Assembly (NCBI GenBank): GCA_043228905.1
Contig: JBHGNT010000020.1
Span: 310,001 to 374,000, forward strand
DNA length: 64,000 nt
Reading direction: 5' to 3'
Origin: Azolla caroliniana
Taxonomy: Eukaryota > Plantae > Polypodiophyta
The notes below the pieces were generated by a model. The model did no database searches, was not told the origin of the DNA, and saw nothing but the letters and a program-made list of their open reading frames with translations. Below are positions 26,752 to 41,385 of the stretch, one piece after another (positions within the stretch are counted from its first letter, which is position 1; the number at the start of each line of letters is the position of its first letter). Both the position numbers and the translations under genes were made by a program.

Positions 26752-27759
26752 AGATGCTGAGATTTTTCGTTGTGACATTCCACTCACATTATGAGATCTA
26801 GTTCCCTGGAATTTGGTGCAGCAATTTGGATTCCTATTGGGTTACGAGCAAGCTATAATAAATTTAAATCATCTCTCAGAATTATTCTAGTGTTCCATGC
26901 GTGCACGCCTTCACTTAAGAGTGGATAATAACCTATATTTCAATAGTAACCATTGATATTTCTAATGAATGCATCGAATTACAATTTGAATTGACGATGA
27001 ATATGTATTTTACTTGGAAATCCTTCCAACTAAATTTTATCTATGTTCATAATATGCTCACATGTTGATAGATGATCATTGACAACTTGAATATGTCATC
27101 AATTTCAGAAAAATAGTTCTAATATCACATCAAGGCGAGATGTTTTGGTAATACATGAATGGGTCTGGCAAGCATTTGTATGGGTTCAAATGATAATAGG
27201 TTAACATGAAGGTGAATATTGATCATCTGAGTACGTTTAAAATACATGTCTTTGATCTGCTGTATTTATATTTTGTTCTATTACATTGCAGATGGAATCT
27301 TTATCTTGACATGTTAGATTCTTTTACTTTTTTAAAATACATAAAAAACACAAGTCTTTATCTTGATGTGTTAGCAACGTGAGCAGCTTGCCCTTTATAG
27401 TTACAATACTGAGGTTTTTCTTCACTATTATATTTGATTCAACATATTTGCGTACATGGGTTTGTAGGTACTTGAGTTCATGAGTGTTGATAGATATAGG
27501 TTTGAAGGTACTCAAATTGGTAACTGTTTTGACACAGACATGGTTTCTAGGCTCACATTGTACTCTCAGACTTCTATATTGTTTCTGTTACTCAAGGAAG
27601 TGGACACCAGTCACTTTATAAAGTTGCAGCCAATTCTAATCGAGAACTTCTATATTTGCCATCACTCAAGAAAGTGGACATTGTCAAAATTTTAGCTTTC
27701 AAGGTCCAGCCTATTGTGCATGCTGCACAAAGCGGGGCGAATGTTGGTCCCACTTGCTA

Positions 27760-28028
27760 CGAATAAGAAACGGTTTGGTTTCGGTTTAACCAGTTTGGAT
27801 TTGTGTAAACCAAACCGGTTTGAGAGTTTTTAAACTTGAATCGAACAACCTGTTCCTAAATGGTTTAGTAACCGGTTTGGACAAGCTGTGTAAGACTTAA
27901 CTTATTTGGCCCTAAACAGTTCGATTTGGCTTTTGAGCCTTGCCAAACAAAGCTCAGTCCGGTTAAGGAGGCTCAAGCAACATTTAATGGCTCAGTTTAG
28001 GCTTAACCCGAGTTATTGCCAATTCTGA
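27760..28028. mobile_element. AACCG-rich MITE with 9-bp target-site duplication
   Basis: CACTTGCTA at 27751-27759 and 28029-28037 flanks a CGGTTT/AAACCG-rich segment similar to 21880-22111. Confidence 0.75.
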
Positions 28029-28769
28029 CACTTGCTATATTTAGCTTGAAATGAGCAAGAAGATTCTCTTGAGCTACAAAGGTTGAATAATAAGACACTC
28101 ATGTGGTGACACGAAAACTGAATATCAATCTGGAGTCCGTTAGGTTGAGACTTGAAAATTGAATATAAAGTACCATTAAAAAGAGCATCACTAATTTACA
28201 AGAACATGGTTCATCCATAGTAGGCTAAGGCTTACACGAAAATGTCAGCAGTCCTACAGATTTGTAGATTACTTGACGACTAATCATTATCATCGATTTG
28301 TAGTCCATGAATTTCTTAAAATAGCGAGAAAAATGAATAGCTTACTGGGACAAAGTTACAGAAGGTTACACAAATGAGTATTTTTTTGGAGAATGCAGCT
28401 ATGCAATTTGAATTTTCCAACCAAAGCATTGTTACATATACTTGAAGAGTTTCATACTCGTAAAATCATCTAAAAGAATCAAACCATGAACCTGTTTGAC
28501 ATTGCAGAACTTGTACAAGGCACCATACTTTAGGTCCGATGGATGATATTAGGTGGTTTAAACCTTTTCACTGTAAGCTTTAGGTCAGGAGTTCAATTCC
28601 AGACCCTCTTGGTTGCACGGCAATCAGTCCTCTATTATGGGAAAAAGTAACGCCTTTTTGAAGAGGATGAAAACATCATTGTGTGTGTGAGGCATTTTAA
28701 ATAGGATGCACACAGCATGGCCATTACTTATTGAAGCCTCATATTTCCATCGTATTTAGTGAAGCTTGT

Positions 28770-31700
28770 TTACAAAAGATACTCCTGAGGTCTTCTTGCA
28801 TAGATGTCATTGCCAAGAGGCTGCACAAAAACAGGTCGATAAAGTTGTTCAGTTAAATTCTGACTTGCACTTTCTGTAGGCAATCCCTTGGTAGAACCTA
28901 TACTCCATTGAGCTATGATTCCAGCACAAAGTGCATATCTGAGGGCCTTCGGTAGAGTCTCTTCATCTTTGTATAGCTCAGGGTGTAAGTTCAGTTTCCT
29001 CATAATAGCTGCAATCATGAAACAAAAACATAAATAATGTCATTTATGCACTGCCTCTTGTATCTAAATATGTAGAGAAAAACCTATAGGAGACGTACAA
29101 CGATGAAATTAAATAGCCCAAACAAACTCCCCTGTATTCAATAAAAACTGAAATAAAAAATGCACAATCTGTAACTTCGTTACCATCAGGCAATTTAACC
29201 CTCGTATAAAATTTTCATCCCTCATAGACAGTGAGACATTGCAAATAAAAACAGTCCCAATATGAACAAAAAAGAACAACTTTATAAATAGTCTTTGAGC
29301 AACATGAAGAAAGACATCCTCTATGAATCACAAACACCACCATAGAAATGAGCTTTAAGCAACACGACGACGAAACAGATCCTCTACATGAATGAAAAAC
29401 ACCATTATTTTAAACTGAGCTTTGGAAGATAAGTGCAAAGCATTTTCCAACTCATCTCCTACAATTGCTAATAAAGAAGTGCTTGCTCAACATGAATAAC
29501 AAACATCATCATAGAAATGAGCTTTGCAAAACATGAAGAAAGACATCCTCTACGACAACCATCATTGTACGAATATGAGCTTTGAGAGATAATGAAGGGT
29601 TGTCCAACTTACCTCCTACCATTGCATCAGCTGACCCTGCTCTGTCACAAGTATCTGGAGCTACGAGTACATCCTCCACTCCAAGAACTTCACCATCAAA
29701 CCCAGGAGTATAGTAATGAATGACATATGTACCATCAAGTACTATTAGCAATTTCAAATTATCATGCCAAATAGGAGCAATTTCTCTTCTCTTATAGTGA
29801 TATTCATCTCGGAACACACGCAACTCTTTTTCGCTGTTCGCGGCATACTGAGGCGGTCTCCGTTTGCAATTTTCTTCCCCAAGAAGAAACTCAAGTTCAT
29901 GTTTCGTGACTTCAATGAAATTTGCTTGTTGCCAAGCATCTTTGATTATGCTCCATGTATGTTCTCTTGATCTCCACAATGGAAGTGTGAGGTTGACATC
30001 AAAAAAGATGTCACCACCATATTTTTTTATGATCCCAACAGCTGAAAAAAGGCTTGAACGGATTGGTTCCAATGTTAGGATGGATGATGTAAAGTGAAGC
30101 ATCTGAGACTGCAAACATGAACTGGATATTTTAGCATGTAGAATAGAATAAGTTTACACATGTTGAGAAAACGCTACTAAGCAGGTCGTGGTGCTAGGTG
30201 AATCTTAGCATTACTAGTTAAGAAAATGCTTTGACTGAACCTTAGCATTAGCTGGATAAGAAAATGTAAGCCTTAAGTTCTGGCAAAGCTACTAAGTAAA
30301 TCTTAGTAGCAGGGTTACGAAAATTCAACCAAAAGTAAAAATAGCAAGGGGTTAGAGAATAGAAAAAACCTCTTTTAGAATGTCTTCATTTATATCCGAT
30401 TCCGTAAACGAATTCTCAGCACTAGGTTGTACACAGGACATCTTTGCCTCACCATTTTCATGGGTGAGATTTAAGAATGAGATCCCCGTCTTAACTTGGG
30501 AATCAAATCGCACACCCCTAGTCTGCACTTTATTCACATTGAGCCTATGAACTAAATCCTTTCCATAAGCATCATCTCCGACTTTTCCCATAAAAGCAAC
30601 TCTACATCCTTGTCGAGCTAATGCTATTGCGACATTGAAAGATGGTCCACTAAGAACCCGAGCAAACTCTGGCGGTGTCCATTGCAATATTTTCCACTTA
30701 GAATACATGTCGGGATGGCTCCTCCTGTTAGATACTCTTACAGTGGACACAAATTCATTGATAGCCTCTCCGAAACAGCAAATCAACGGAGGCCAGTCAT
30801 AAATTTCTTTTCCTTCCTCTTCTTCTTCATCATCGGATGTATCAGTTGCCGTAGTACCTAGGTAAATGTCCACTCAGATAATGAGAAAGAAACAAAATAT
30901 CACTAGAGTTTTTTATGACACATAATTGATATTCTCATATAATGTGCCTAGTACCTAAAAGAGATCCATATGGAAATGAGGGAAGGGAAATCAACAAGCT
31001 AAAGTCTTCTTCAACCAAACTGAATGGCTTTCCTCAAACTAATAGACAGTTTCTTCATTTAACCCCAGTACAAGTGATTATACAACAACTTCGCTTACTT
31101 TGAGAATCAGTACTTTTCTGCAACATATTTTCTAGTTTGAGAAATCATAGCACATCAAACATGGTTAGGTGATGTCCTTACAGCAAAAGATAAGACCATT
31201 TTATAGATAGCATCGAGCAGATCATAATCGCCATAAAATGTGCATTGACACACAAATACATGTATAAAAGCTCAGAAACAAGATTGTCACTTGCTTGTTT
31301 GCTATTGTTGTAAATAGTTGGCAAATGAATTGCTATTGTTGTTGAAATGTTTTATTTTCAATTCACCAAAATTTGCTACAATAGTTTTTTTATATATCAG
31401 GATTCAATCTCAATCAGTTCATGACGTGGTCATCCTTTATGTCATTTTTCTAATTTAACAATTCATCATATGTAAAAGGATACATACTTCCGAATATTGA
31501 GGTTGCACCTAAAGATACAAGCAGGATATGATCCAAAATCATTAACAGTATTGCTGCATTTAAGTGTTTGCACAATTATATGATCAAATCATCCCATTTT
31601 ACTATCTTTCAGGGGTTGCCCATGGGCATTTGGTGAAATAATGAAAACTTGGGTTATTTAAGAATTTTTCCTTTTCTAGTTTTTACCAAAAGGCCAGATA

Positions 31701-32132
31701 TATTAGCAACTAAAGATTAAGACTATTCCATATCATCCAAATCCATTTAACAATGTTGTTATAAGCCATTTCTGGGACAAATTCTCTGGTGTTGGGAGAA
31801 ACTAAAGATTATGATGACAATAAGGCACAACAAACGAGACTTACTTGTCTTCTTGCGTGAATCAGAAGCGTTTACCACTAAACTGATCCGTCTTGGATGC
31901 GAAATGGTGGGAAAAGAAGGCGTCAGAAGCGAGGGAGAACGAAGGGGAGAAAGACTGGTGAGGCAAAAAAAGGAAGATGCAAACAATTAGAGGAGGGAGT
32001 GCATAAAAGAAAAGAAAAGAGAAAAGGAAGGAGAGAGAAAGGTTTGTATTACCGTAGCGAAGGAGGAGGAGGAGGAGGAGGGCAGAGGAACGTCGAAGAA
32101 GGAAGAGAAAGAGAAGCGGAGGGAGAAGCCAT
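28770..32132 (-). CDS. FLN: Fructokinase-like protein (pfkB family, plastid-encoded RNA polymerase-associated FLN1/FLN2 type); exons 32132-32053, 31954-31845, 30857-30370, 30108-29613, 29008-28770
   Basis: Ser/Pro-rich transit-peptide-like N-terminus MASPSASLSLPSST; DWPPLICCFG; WKILQWTPPEFAR; AFMGKVGDDAYG; FFDVNL.LPLW; DEYHY; AGIIAQWSIG...PTESASQNL. All four GT-AG introns are phase-compatible (2,1,0,1). Confidence 0.9.
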
Positions 32133-32309
32133 GGCTGAACTTCTGAGACACAAACAAGACTGAAGGGTTTTTGTTTGGAGATGGAGATGGAGATGGAGAT
32201 GGAAGAGATGGGAGAGACAGGAATTGGCCATCATATTTTGGGTACTTTTACTTAATTTCACCCGAATGCCCTTCTTCCCATGTCAAGCTCATATCCTAAA
32301 GTTAGAACT

Positions 32310-32817
32310 AACAATTCTGCAACGGTTCGGTTTTGAACCGAACCGAACCGCTAAACCGCGCCTTAACGGTTTCAACGGTTCGGCTTCAGGTTTAAGGTTT
32401 TTAAACGGTTCGGTTTGGGTTCAGGTTTTTTTTAATGGTTCGGTTCGGTTTCAACACAAAAAAACTGCGGTTTAAACGGTTTCACGATTTTTTCTCTTAA
32501 ATTTTTAAAAGAAAAGTTGTTTTTAAGCAATATTTTCATTTTTAGACCTTATTCCCATGTTTTTAGGAATTTTCATTTTTAGACCTTATTCCCACGTTTT
32601 AGGAACATCTTTAAATTTTTAAAAATAAAATATTATAAAGTTAAAAAATTTAAAAATTAAAATTTAACCTAAGTTGAAAATCGAAACCGAACCACGAAAC
32701 CGTGGTTTTAACGGTTTGACAAATGTTTAACGGTTTCGTAGTTCGGTTCAAGTTTCAAAATTTTTAAACGGTTCGGTTTTGACCCTCTCGAACCGAACCG
32801 AACCGTTGTCGATTGTT
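32310..32817. mobile_element. AACCG-rich MITE upstream of FLN; opposite-orientation relative of 59329-59740
   Basis: Ends AACAATTCTGCAACGGTTCGG / CCGAACCGTTGTCGATTGTT with an AT-rich centre. ATCCTAAA is repeated on both flanks (32293 and 32818), with ~9 extra bases on the left. Confidence 0.75.
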
Positions 32818-32873
32818 ATCCTAAACCCTAAACCCTAATGACCAAGACTCTCACAAGACTAAAGGGTTTTGTT

Positions 32874-32912
<39 letters not shown>

Positions 32913-35900
32913 CGCAATGTCGTTTCAAGAATAGTGTTGAAACATGTTTCTGATGTAACTTTGTCCTTAGAACTCCGTTTTTTATGATTTTTGGCTCGTT
33001 GCGAAGCTTGTTCAGAGGGCTTTCCAAGGATTATTTGGACATTGTGTTTTGTTATCATTACAAGAAGCTACAAGCAAAAGTGCCATCATCTCAAGTTAGT
33101 TCTCTCAATCTCTATTAGGATGGTTGACACAACAATAGGAAGTGAGTTGATGATTGTTGATGGATGTGGTAGTGATGATGGTTATGAAAATTACAAGAGG
33201 CAAAAGTGTATTGATTCTACAAAAAATGAGAAAATATCATATGTTGTTATTCTTGGTGGGAAAGATGTTATTGGAGATGATTATGATATTGATAGTCATT
33301 GTGATTTTGTTAAGGCTTTGCTTTCTGATTTTATGGAAAAAAATGAGAAAGATGCTAAAGATTGTGTGGAGGAGGATGTTGTCGAGGTGGTAATGGAGAC
33401 CAACTCTATGTTAGCAACTTTTGATAGGTTCTATGATTGTGGTGTTATTTTGTATTTCACTAGCAAACTTCCTTTGGTATCATGGATTAAGCAGTGGTTG
33501 GTTTTCATTCATAATGCCTAATTGTGTTGAGGATGTGTATGTGGGTCCAAGAGGTTTCTATGATGTAGTTTTTCAATCGTTAGAACACCGTACCGCTTTG
33601 ATGGCAAAGGTACCAATCTTTTTTTATAGAAGATTAGTGCATGTGATGGAATGGGTTCCAGTGGTGGATTATAAAGATTTATTAAAATAACAATGTCCAA
33701 TTTGGGTGACTGTTGATTGTAATAACTCATTCTTTTGGGATTTACTATCAGGATTGATGTCCCAAATTGATAAAGTTTTGGTTGCTCCTCATGTTAATTC
33801 GTTGAACAAATGTAGATTTTGCCTGTTATGGGATACAAGTTGTAAACTTCTAGGATGATTGAGTATCGATACATCTCGATTTGGTCGATTTCGTTTTAAG
33901 ATTCAATGGGAAACTTTTGAAGGACATTGTTTTAAATGTGGTAAATTAGGGCATTGTATGGTTGAATGCCAATATCATGGTGAACTATCCCCAGAAAATA
34001 ATGTCAAAGGGAAAAATAAGGAAGATGTTGAGAAGGATATTGTCTCAATGGTTGATATGGTCATGGATGAGGGAACATCTCATGGGTTAGAGCGAGATCC
34101 TAAAGTTCATGGTCATGTTAGAGGTGTTGGGGAGGAGAATGGAGTTTGTAATAATGATGGCCCAAATGTTGAAGATGGAGAGTGGCATCAAGTGAAGCAT
34201 AAGATAAAAGGGAAGGGTGTTGCCATACAAAGGGAAACAAAAAATACTTATGGTACGACATTACCAAAAGATAATTTGAGATTGAAGGAGGGGTTTAAGA
34301 AAAATCCTTGGCAGAAACAAGTGCGAAATCAAAGATTGTCCAACCAATTACAATTTAATTCTTTAGGAAGGGTGGTACGACCTCAATTAAATCAAGGACT
34401 TCGTTCTCATGGAGCTAGACAACAAAACGCTAATATTGGTGGAGGAGATGTAGTACACACAAATCCTTATGCAGTTCTTGAACAAGTAGTTCGTACATTC
34501 ATGAATACACTTGCTCATAAAGAGCAAGTTCTTACCAAAGGTGTTAAATGAAAGTGGTATCATGGAATGTGAGAGGGGAATCTTCTTCTCATAAGAAATA
34601 TATATCATGGAAAACTTTATTTGATAAAGATTGGGATGTTTTATGTGTAATTGAACATAAGTGTCATGATTTAGCAGGATCTGTGTTTAAACATTTGTGT
34701 GGATATTCCGCATATTATGTAGGACAATTATCACATCATTACTTAGGGGTTGTCATGATTATTCGTGATTCATTTTGTCCACATATAGTCTATAATGATC
34801 CATATGGACGTTTTTTGGTGATAGAAGTCAAGTATTTTGAGGATTTGATATGGTTGGTAGGAATCTATGCACCCAATAATGTGAATCAACGCATTGAGTT
34901 ATGGTCTTCAATGTATCCACGGTTATTAGTGGGACGTGTTGGTTTGTTAATGGGTGATTTTAATATGTGTGTTGATGCTTCACAATCTACTTCACGATTC
35001 TCATTGATGGATTCCCCTGAGCAAGCAGTTTGGGACAAATTGGCATCAGAGGTTTTGAAGTTGGATGTATGGAAATGGTTGCATCAAGATGAGGTTGGGT
35101 TTACATTTCAGTCTATGCAATACAAGGAAACATGGAGTAGGTTAGATAGAATGTATGTTATGCATGATGAGTCCTTTTTGCCAGAGATGCTTAATATGTC
35201 AATTATGCAAGAGGTTGTGACATCAGATCATTTTCCCATATATTTTGAGTTTAATAAACATGGGGTAGATATGTACAAAACATTGCTTCAACGAGTTCCT
35301 TTGAGGTTTAATTGTTCTTTATTATTACATTCTTTATTTGATGCGTATATGCAACAAATTTTTGGCATGTTTTCAGAACAAGTTATTTCAAAAGGATGGC
35401 ATGCATTGGAAACAACACTACAAAACATCAATGATATTCATCGTATGGTATGACTAATGCTAAAAGACGTAAGAAATTTATTGATAAGTTTTCATATATT
35501 CTTACATGGTGCAATGTACTATTGATGAATAATCCACATGATGAAGAGCTTTTGGATGTTCAAGTTCAAGTACAAGACATTGTGAAGAATTTGTCTTGTC
35601 AAAGTTATCAACATACAAGACTACGTCAATTAAAGGAGGGATTCATAGATAATCAATCACAATCTCATATGTTTTTTCAAGGATTAAGACCACCATATGC
35701 TCGTTCAAATGTGGTACAAATTAAGATAGGGGATGACATTGTTGTAGTCCTAGTCAAGGTTATTGAGTTATGTATTACTCATTTTAAGAATTTGATTGGA
35801 CCAGAGTTGATTATTAATGAGGATGTCGTGAAAGCACGACAAGAGTTTTATAATATAATTGGGAGTGCCGTGAATACAAATATTTGTTAAGAATTGGATG

Positions 35901-38130
35901 CTGATTTTGAAGAAGCTGAGGATGAGGTGGAAAATATATTATTACACCTTCCAAATGGTAAAAGCCCTAGCTGGGATGGTATTACAAATGTTTTTAAGAA
36001 GTATGCTAGCATGCTTAAGAGTCCATTCACACAAATGTTTCAACAATGTTGGGATTCTGGTTTCATGCTTGAGAGTTGGAAGGTGGGCTTAATCAAATTG
36101 ATACCAAAGGTACCATCTCTGGAGTCATTTCATTAATGTAGGCCTATTTCATTGATGGGAGGGTTGTACAAAGTGTTTGCAAAGATATTATCCAACAGAC
36201 TTAATAATAAGTTCTTACCTCAACTTATTCATCCATCTCAATATGGTTTTATTACAAGTAGAAATATATTGCATAATGTTTTGAATGTTCAAATGGCGAC
36301 CGATTATGCTCGACATACACATCAAGAAATGGTTATGGTGCAATTAGATTTGGAAAAAGCATATGATCATGTTAATTGGTCTTTCCTCTCAGGTGTGATG
36401 TATAATATGGGGTTTGGTCCTCGTATGTGTCGACTTATCTTTTTGCTAGGGCAAAATGCAACCTCTCTTGTGATGTTTAATGGCGGAGTCACTCCGAAAG
36501 TGTTTCTTATTAGATCCGTGCGGCAAGGATGTCCACTAAACCCACTGTTATTTGCTATTGTTACACATCCTTTGTTAATAATGTTGTCAAATCTTGCGAC
36601 CAGTGGTGATATTGCGGGTTTGCATCTTCCTTCTAGTGGACAATTGGTGGCACAAGCATTGGTAGATGATTCTTTTATGTTTTTACAAGCCTCAAAAGAA
36701 AATCTTAAAAGGAGTATGCAAGTTTGGGATCATTTTTCTTTGGCTTTAGGGTTGTATATAAATTGGAGGAAGTCTCACCTTATTTCTTGTATGGAGAGTG
36801 ATTTGGAATGTTTGGAATGGTGAGGGTCAGTGATTACACGAGGTTCAATTTATCGACATTTGGGTTATCCATTGGGCATTGATGTTACAAATGTTCAATT
36901 GATTGATTGGATTGGTAGTAAATTGAGGGACAAATTTATGTATTGGAAGTCTCAATTATGGCCCTTTCATGTACGACTCAAAGTGGTGCAATGTATCTTG
37001 ATACCCATGTTATTATATTTTTTGCCTTTACTTCCTTGGACTAAGAAGGCATTACAAAGCATGTTACAACCTATTCGGTTCATGTTGTGGCGGAAGGGAG
37101 AAATGATGGGAGTTACATGGATTTCATGGGACCATTTGGCTACTCCTAAAAGGTTAGGTGGTGCAACAATATTGGATTTGGAAAGGCATTTAATGGCTTG
37201 TAGATTTACATTATTATGAGATATATGTCAACAAGATCAACCATGGATATCATGATGCAATATTTTATTGAGCATGAAGGATTGGTGCATGGGAAAACAA
37301 AGATTCAAGCATCATGGTGGTCACTATTGAATGGAAGCATTCCTCTAAAGATTTGGCATTCTGTATGTGGACAACATTTGGTAAGCTCGTGGCAAGATGC
37401 ATTATCTCTTTTTGAATGGGGACCATCAAGTGATCGAGAATATTGTAATTCATTACAAAACGAATTGCTTGTTTCTTCTCAAGTGTTATTTTGGCAAGGG
37501 AAAGAGAAGTTGAGATCTCAATTCAATCGTTCATTTCGATTGGGGATTGTACATTTGGAAGATGTGGTTGATAATGAATCTCAAAGGTTGTCGGATTTTG
37601 AAGATGCCAAAAGATGGTTATGTATTCCCCCAAATTATGGATTTATTTGGGAGAAATTACATGATATACCATTGTTGCAAGGATCTTTGCCATTGAAAAC
37701 CAATTTTGCACCTTAGGTAGATTGGTGGTTACAAGATGGTACACGCTTGTTAAAGGTCACTACAAATATATTGTATCATCATGCGATGGCATCATTATCT
37801 TGGCTATCTCCTAAAAACACCGGGACATTTGAAACAGGTAATATGTTGCATTTTAAGAACTATCCGTAAAAAAAAGACACAAAATAGGTCGATTGACAAA
37901 AAGGGGTGCTGCATGCGTAAAGGATTTTAAAAAATGACCCAAAAATATATTGATTTAAAGCATGTCCAAAATTGTAGGTCTTTAAAAAAATGCCTAAATA
38001 ATAGACATGCCAAACTTACAAAAGAATGTACAAAATGACTACCACCTATATTTATACATATTCGTTAATTGACATTTTGATGTACAATTCAATATCTACA
38101 GATCATGTGTCAAACTATCGCTTTCCAAGT

Positions 38131-40850
38131 CTATGCCATCATTTTCAGACCCATCCGATGAACTAGAAGAGCTTTGTGTGAGGTATCATCCTCATCATCA
38201 CTGGCAACCAATGCATTGTCTTCATCCGATTGCAATCCAACATCACCATGGTTATGAGACATGCTTCTTGTTTGTCTTTGTGTAGTGGTTGGAGCCGCAT
38301 TTGGGATCTTCTCTTTTAATATCTTGATTGTGGTGTGTCTTAGATGGCTTGTTTTGGTCAAGGAGAAGTCATACACTAGTATGTCAACATTATCCAATGT
38401 AAGAACAGACGTGCATGGTAGATTCTTTCTTCTTCTCTTTCTACTTGTGCCTTCAACATCCTTAACCATCTCTAAAGAGTACTTTCCAGTGAATGGATTT
38501 GGTGAAGAGGTGTGATACCAATGAACCACAATGGACTTAACTTGATTGCCTGATTCATCCTTCATTATATCCAAAATTTTAGCAATCCAAAATGGATGGC
38601 CCAACTCATCATCCCCAGCTAATGTTGCAACTAACATCCCAACTTGTAGTTCATGCAAACTGCCTTGCCATCTTGCCTCTACAGTACACGATATTCTTGG
38701 TCCCACATAAATATCTCTCTGTCGTGGGTGAACTAGATTATTGAGTTCATCATTACCAATTAATTGATGGTTAGCAAGTGAACTATTGACGGCATACCAA
38801 TGTTCCATGTGAAAGCATTTTGGATTGGCCATACTCCGGCAATGTAGTTGTTTAAAATTGAATGTTGATGGTTAAAGAAGGTATCCCACCATTGAACATC
38901 TTGATCACCAACATACTTCTTGGTGCACTCAATATTTCTTTGTTTCTCTTCAAGGCATCACATCCAATATATCTTTTTCTCATCAATTGAGTTGCTATGA
39001 ACTATTTTTTTATGGTCATCATACGACATTTGTTCTGCACCATCGATTTCTGTATTTGGAAAATGAAGTAAGAACCTACAACCCTCTTGTGGCTCCCATT
39101 GTGAACTAGATGAGTATTATTTTGCATACAACATCGTCGTGTTGTGGCTCATATCACTTCGTTTTATGAGGAAGACATGGTTAAAACTTATATTATTCAG
39201 AGGTGCAAGAACCCTACCTTGAGCCCCATCACCATCCATGCAGAAGTGTTTAAAATCATACACTTCATTCAACTGATGTACTTCGGGCTTCGGGGTATAA
39301 GCTTCACTTATCAACGTTGTTAGCGTAGGAAGCGTGAAAGCATCACATCGTGCTAATTTGTTTGAGAACCTACTAAACATTTGATCTATATGATCATGGG
39401 TATGAACAACTAGTAAGAAGTTAACCTTAATCTTCTTAAATAAGCCCTTCTCTACTAGCATGCTTAAGTAACCGAAAACAGTCGAGTTTTTGTTTTCTCT
39501 GGCTGTATTGTCAAGTTGCACGTATAGAACAGGCGGGAGTATACCTGGCCAAGACTGCAACACTCTTTGCATGATTGTAACTGTAAGATTAGGGTTGTTG
39601 TGGATATTAGGATAAGTTAAGAATACTTGAGGCCTTATTGTCTGACAATATGACAAGCAACCTACTAAATGCATTTGTACAAGGCATTCATCTCCAATAT
39701 CCTTTGGCAACCTTTGAAAGTGTGGCAAACAAGTCTTCTTCTTATCCATGCCATCAATAATCATACACATATACCTTTCAGGTGATTGGAGAGCTTTTCG
39801 TCGGTGGTGCATAGCTTTAGAACGTTCCAATGCTTGACTCTCACAGTGTTCTTTCAATAGATTCTTGTAATTCTTTATTTCATCATCTGATTTCCCACCC
39901 TTTGCCATACTCTTTAAACTTGCACATATTGAACAAACACCCATTCGAACTTTACGCGGTATAACCACATTGTTAAATTGTAACCTCCATAATCGATTGA
40001 AATGTTGATACTGTATGTAAGGTGCACCTTGTGACAACATGTCGTCTTTATATTCTTGATACACCTCACGACGAGTGAAATTATCAGACAAGTGCAATCT
40101 CCTAGTAGTAGGCATAATATCACATTGCTTTGAGAAATATATCTCCATCCAATTAATAGAATGACGCCCTATAAGACCCTTACTACCAGAGGAATTCATA
40201 TCAAAAGGTATAAACGATCCCTTTACCAATCTTAGTTGTATTCTCTGAAGCCTCATGTTCCCAATGCTATGAGCAATTTTGAAAGCAGCTCTACAACACT
40301 TAGTCCTCAATGCAAGGTAATATTCAACGTGTGTTGAAGTAGCCCCAGTGGCGTGATCTCTTACAAGCTGCATATGTGAAATAAGAAAAGTATCTTGTTC
40401 CTCACCATTAAGTGATAGATACTTCTCCCGCATTATTCGTAAGTTTGACTTTCCAAATTGATTAAGACATAGATTCCCACAACATGTCTTGCTCAAATCA
40501 CAAACAATTTGACGATCAGAACATAAAAAGGTATATCTCTTTACACTAACTTGTCGAGGAACTCTTTTGAATGTGAGAGGCTTTGTTACGCAAGCTTCGC
40601 CAGATGTGGTTTCATCCTTGTCAATGCTTGCACAACTTTTGCTATCTTGTATACCACTTTGTCCTGGCCTCTTGAAAGGGTCAATTGAGAAAAGTGAGTT
40701 TGAGTTATTACCAACATCACAACTAACATTTTCACCTGGACCCTTTAAAACACTTGGGACCTTGTACTCATCGACTGAGAAATATGAGTTACTTGATAAA
40801 GCATAAGGGTCCACTGAAAACAAGGATGATCTACTCGAAGCACAAGACAT
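38131..40850 (-). pseudogene. Sola1-like DDD transposase (577-aa ORF 39117-40850) continuing through two stops and a frameshift into ORF 38131-38832
   Basis: CSICASLK...EH region; putative catalytic acidic motifs MIIDGMD, YVQLDNTARENKN and FLLVVHTHDHIDQMFS. The reading frame continues past the TAA at 39117 (YSSSSQWEP...). A 4-bp TSD fits the Sola superfamily. The subgroup call is from motif recall. Confidence 0.8.
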
Positions 40851-41100
40851 CTTGAAGCCTAACTTAAATTAACACCTTTCTCTTGTTTAAGTAGAAGTTT
40901 AGGAATTTAAGATCTAGTCTACGAACATAAACCATACGAAGACATCTTGGGATAAAAGATAAGGTATATTGACATCATATTATTATTTAATTTTGTAAAT
41001 TTTTTATAATAATTTATTGTGTAATATTGTATTTTTTTAAGAGAAAATCTTTTTTTTTTAAATAATTATTTTATTTTCCAAAAAAACAATTTAAGTTAAC

Positions 41101-41250
41101 TATATAAATAGAGATCTACCGCTCATTATCTCTTACACATTTCAAGAGCTCAGAGCACTCTTTAGAAAAAGTCATTGTTTTCTGCGTTCATCAACACATT
41201 CTCAACAACTAGTCTAACATGAAATCGAGCAAGACAGTTGGCAAGTAAGT
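41101..41250 (+). promoter_or_regulatory. Candidate TATA box and short first exon/splice donor of the cargo gene
   Basis: TATATAAATA at 41101, ATG at 41219 (MKSSKTVG), consensus donor GTAAGT at 41245. No phase-matched acceptor was confirmed. Confidence 0.35.
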
Positions 41251-41385
41251 CTTCTATTACCCAAATTTAAAGATTCCTAAAGATACCATAAAGATTCTTT
41301 TTTATTATCTATAAAATTGAGTGACTTTAATTATAATTAGTTTGGTGTATGTATAATTTCTTCGGTTTCTTGAGAGGATGTCCTC

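Noticed and set aside
32820-32838. Interstitial telomere (CCTAAACCCTAAACCCTAA; also ~47125)
   Set aside because: Only about 2.5 units; better explained as promoter telo-box motifs.
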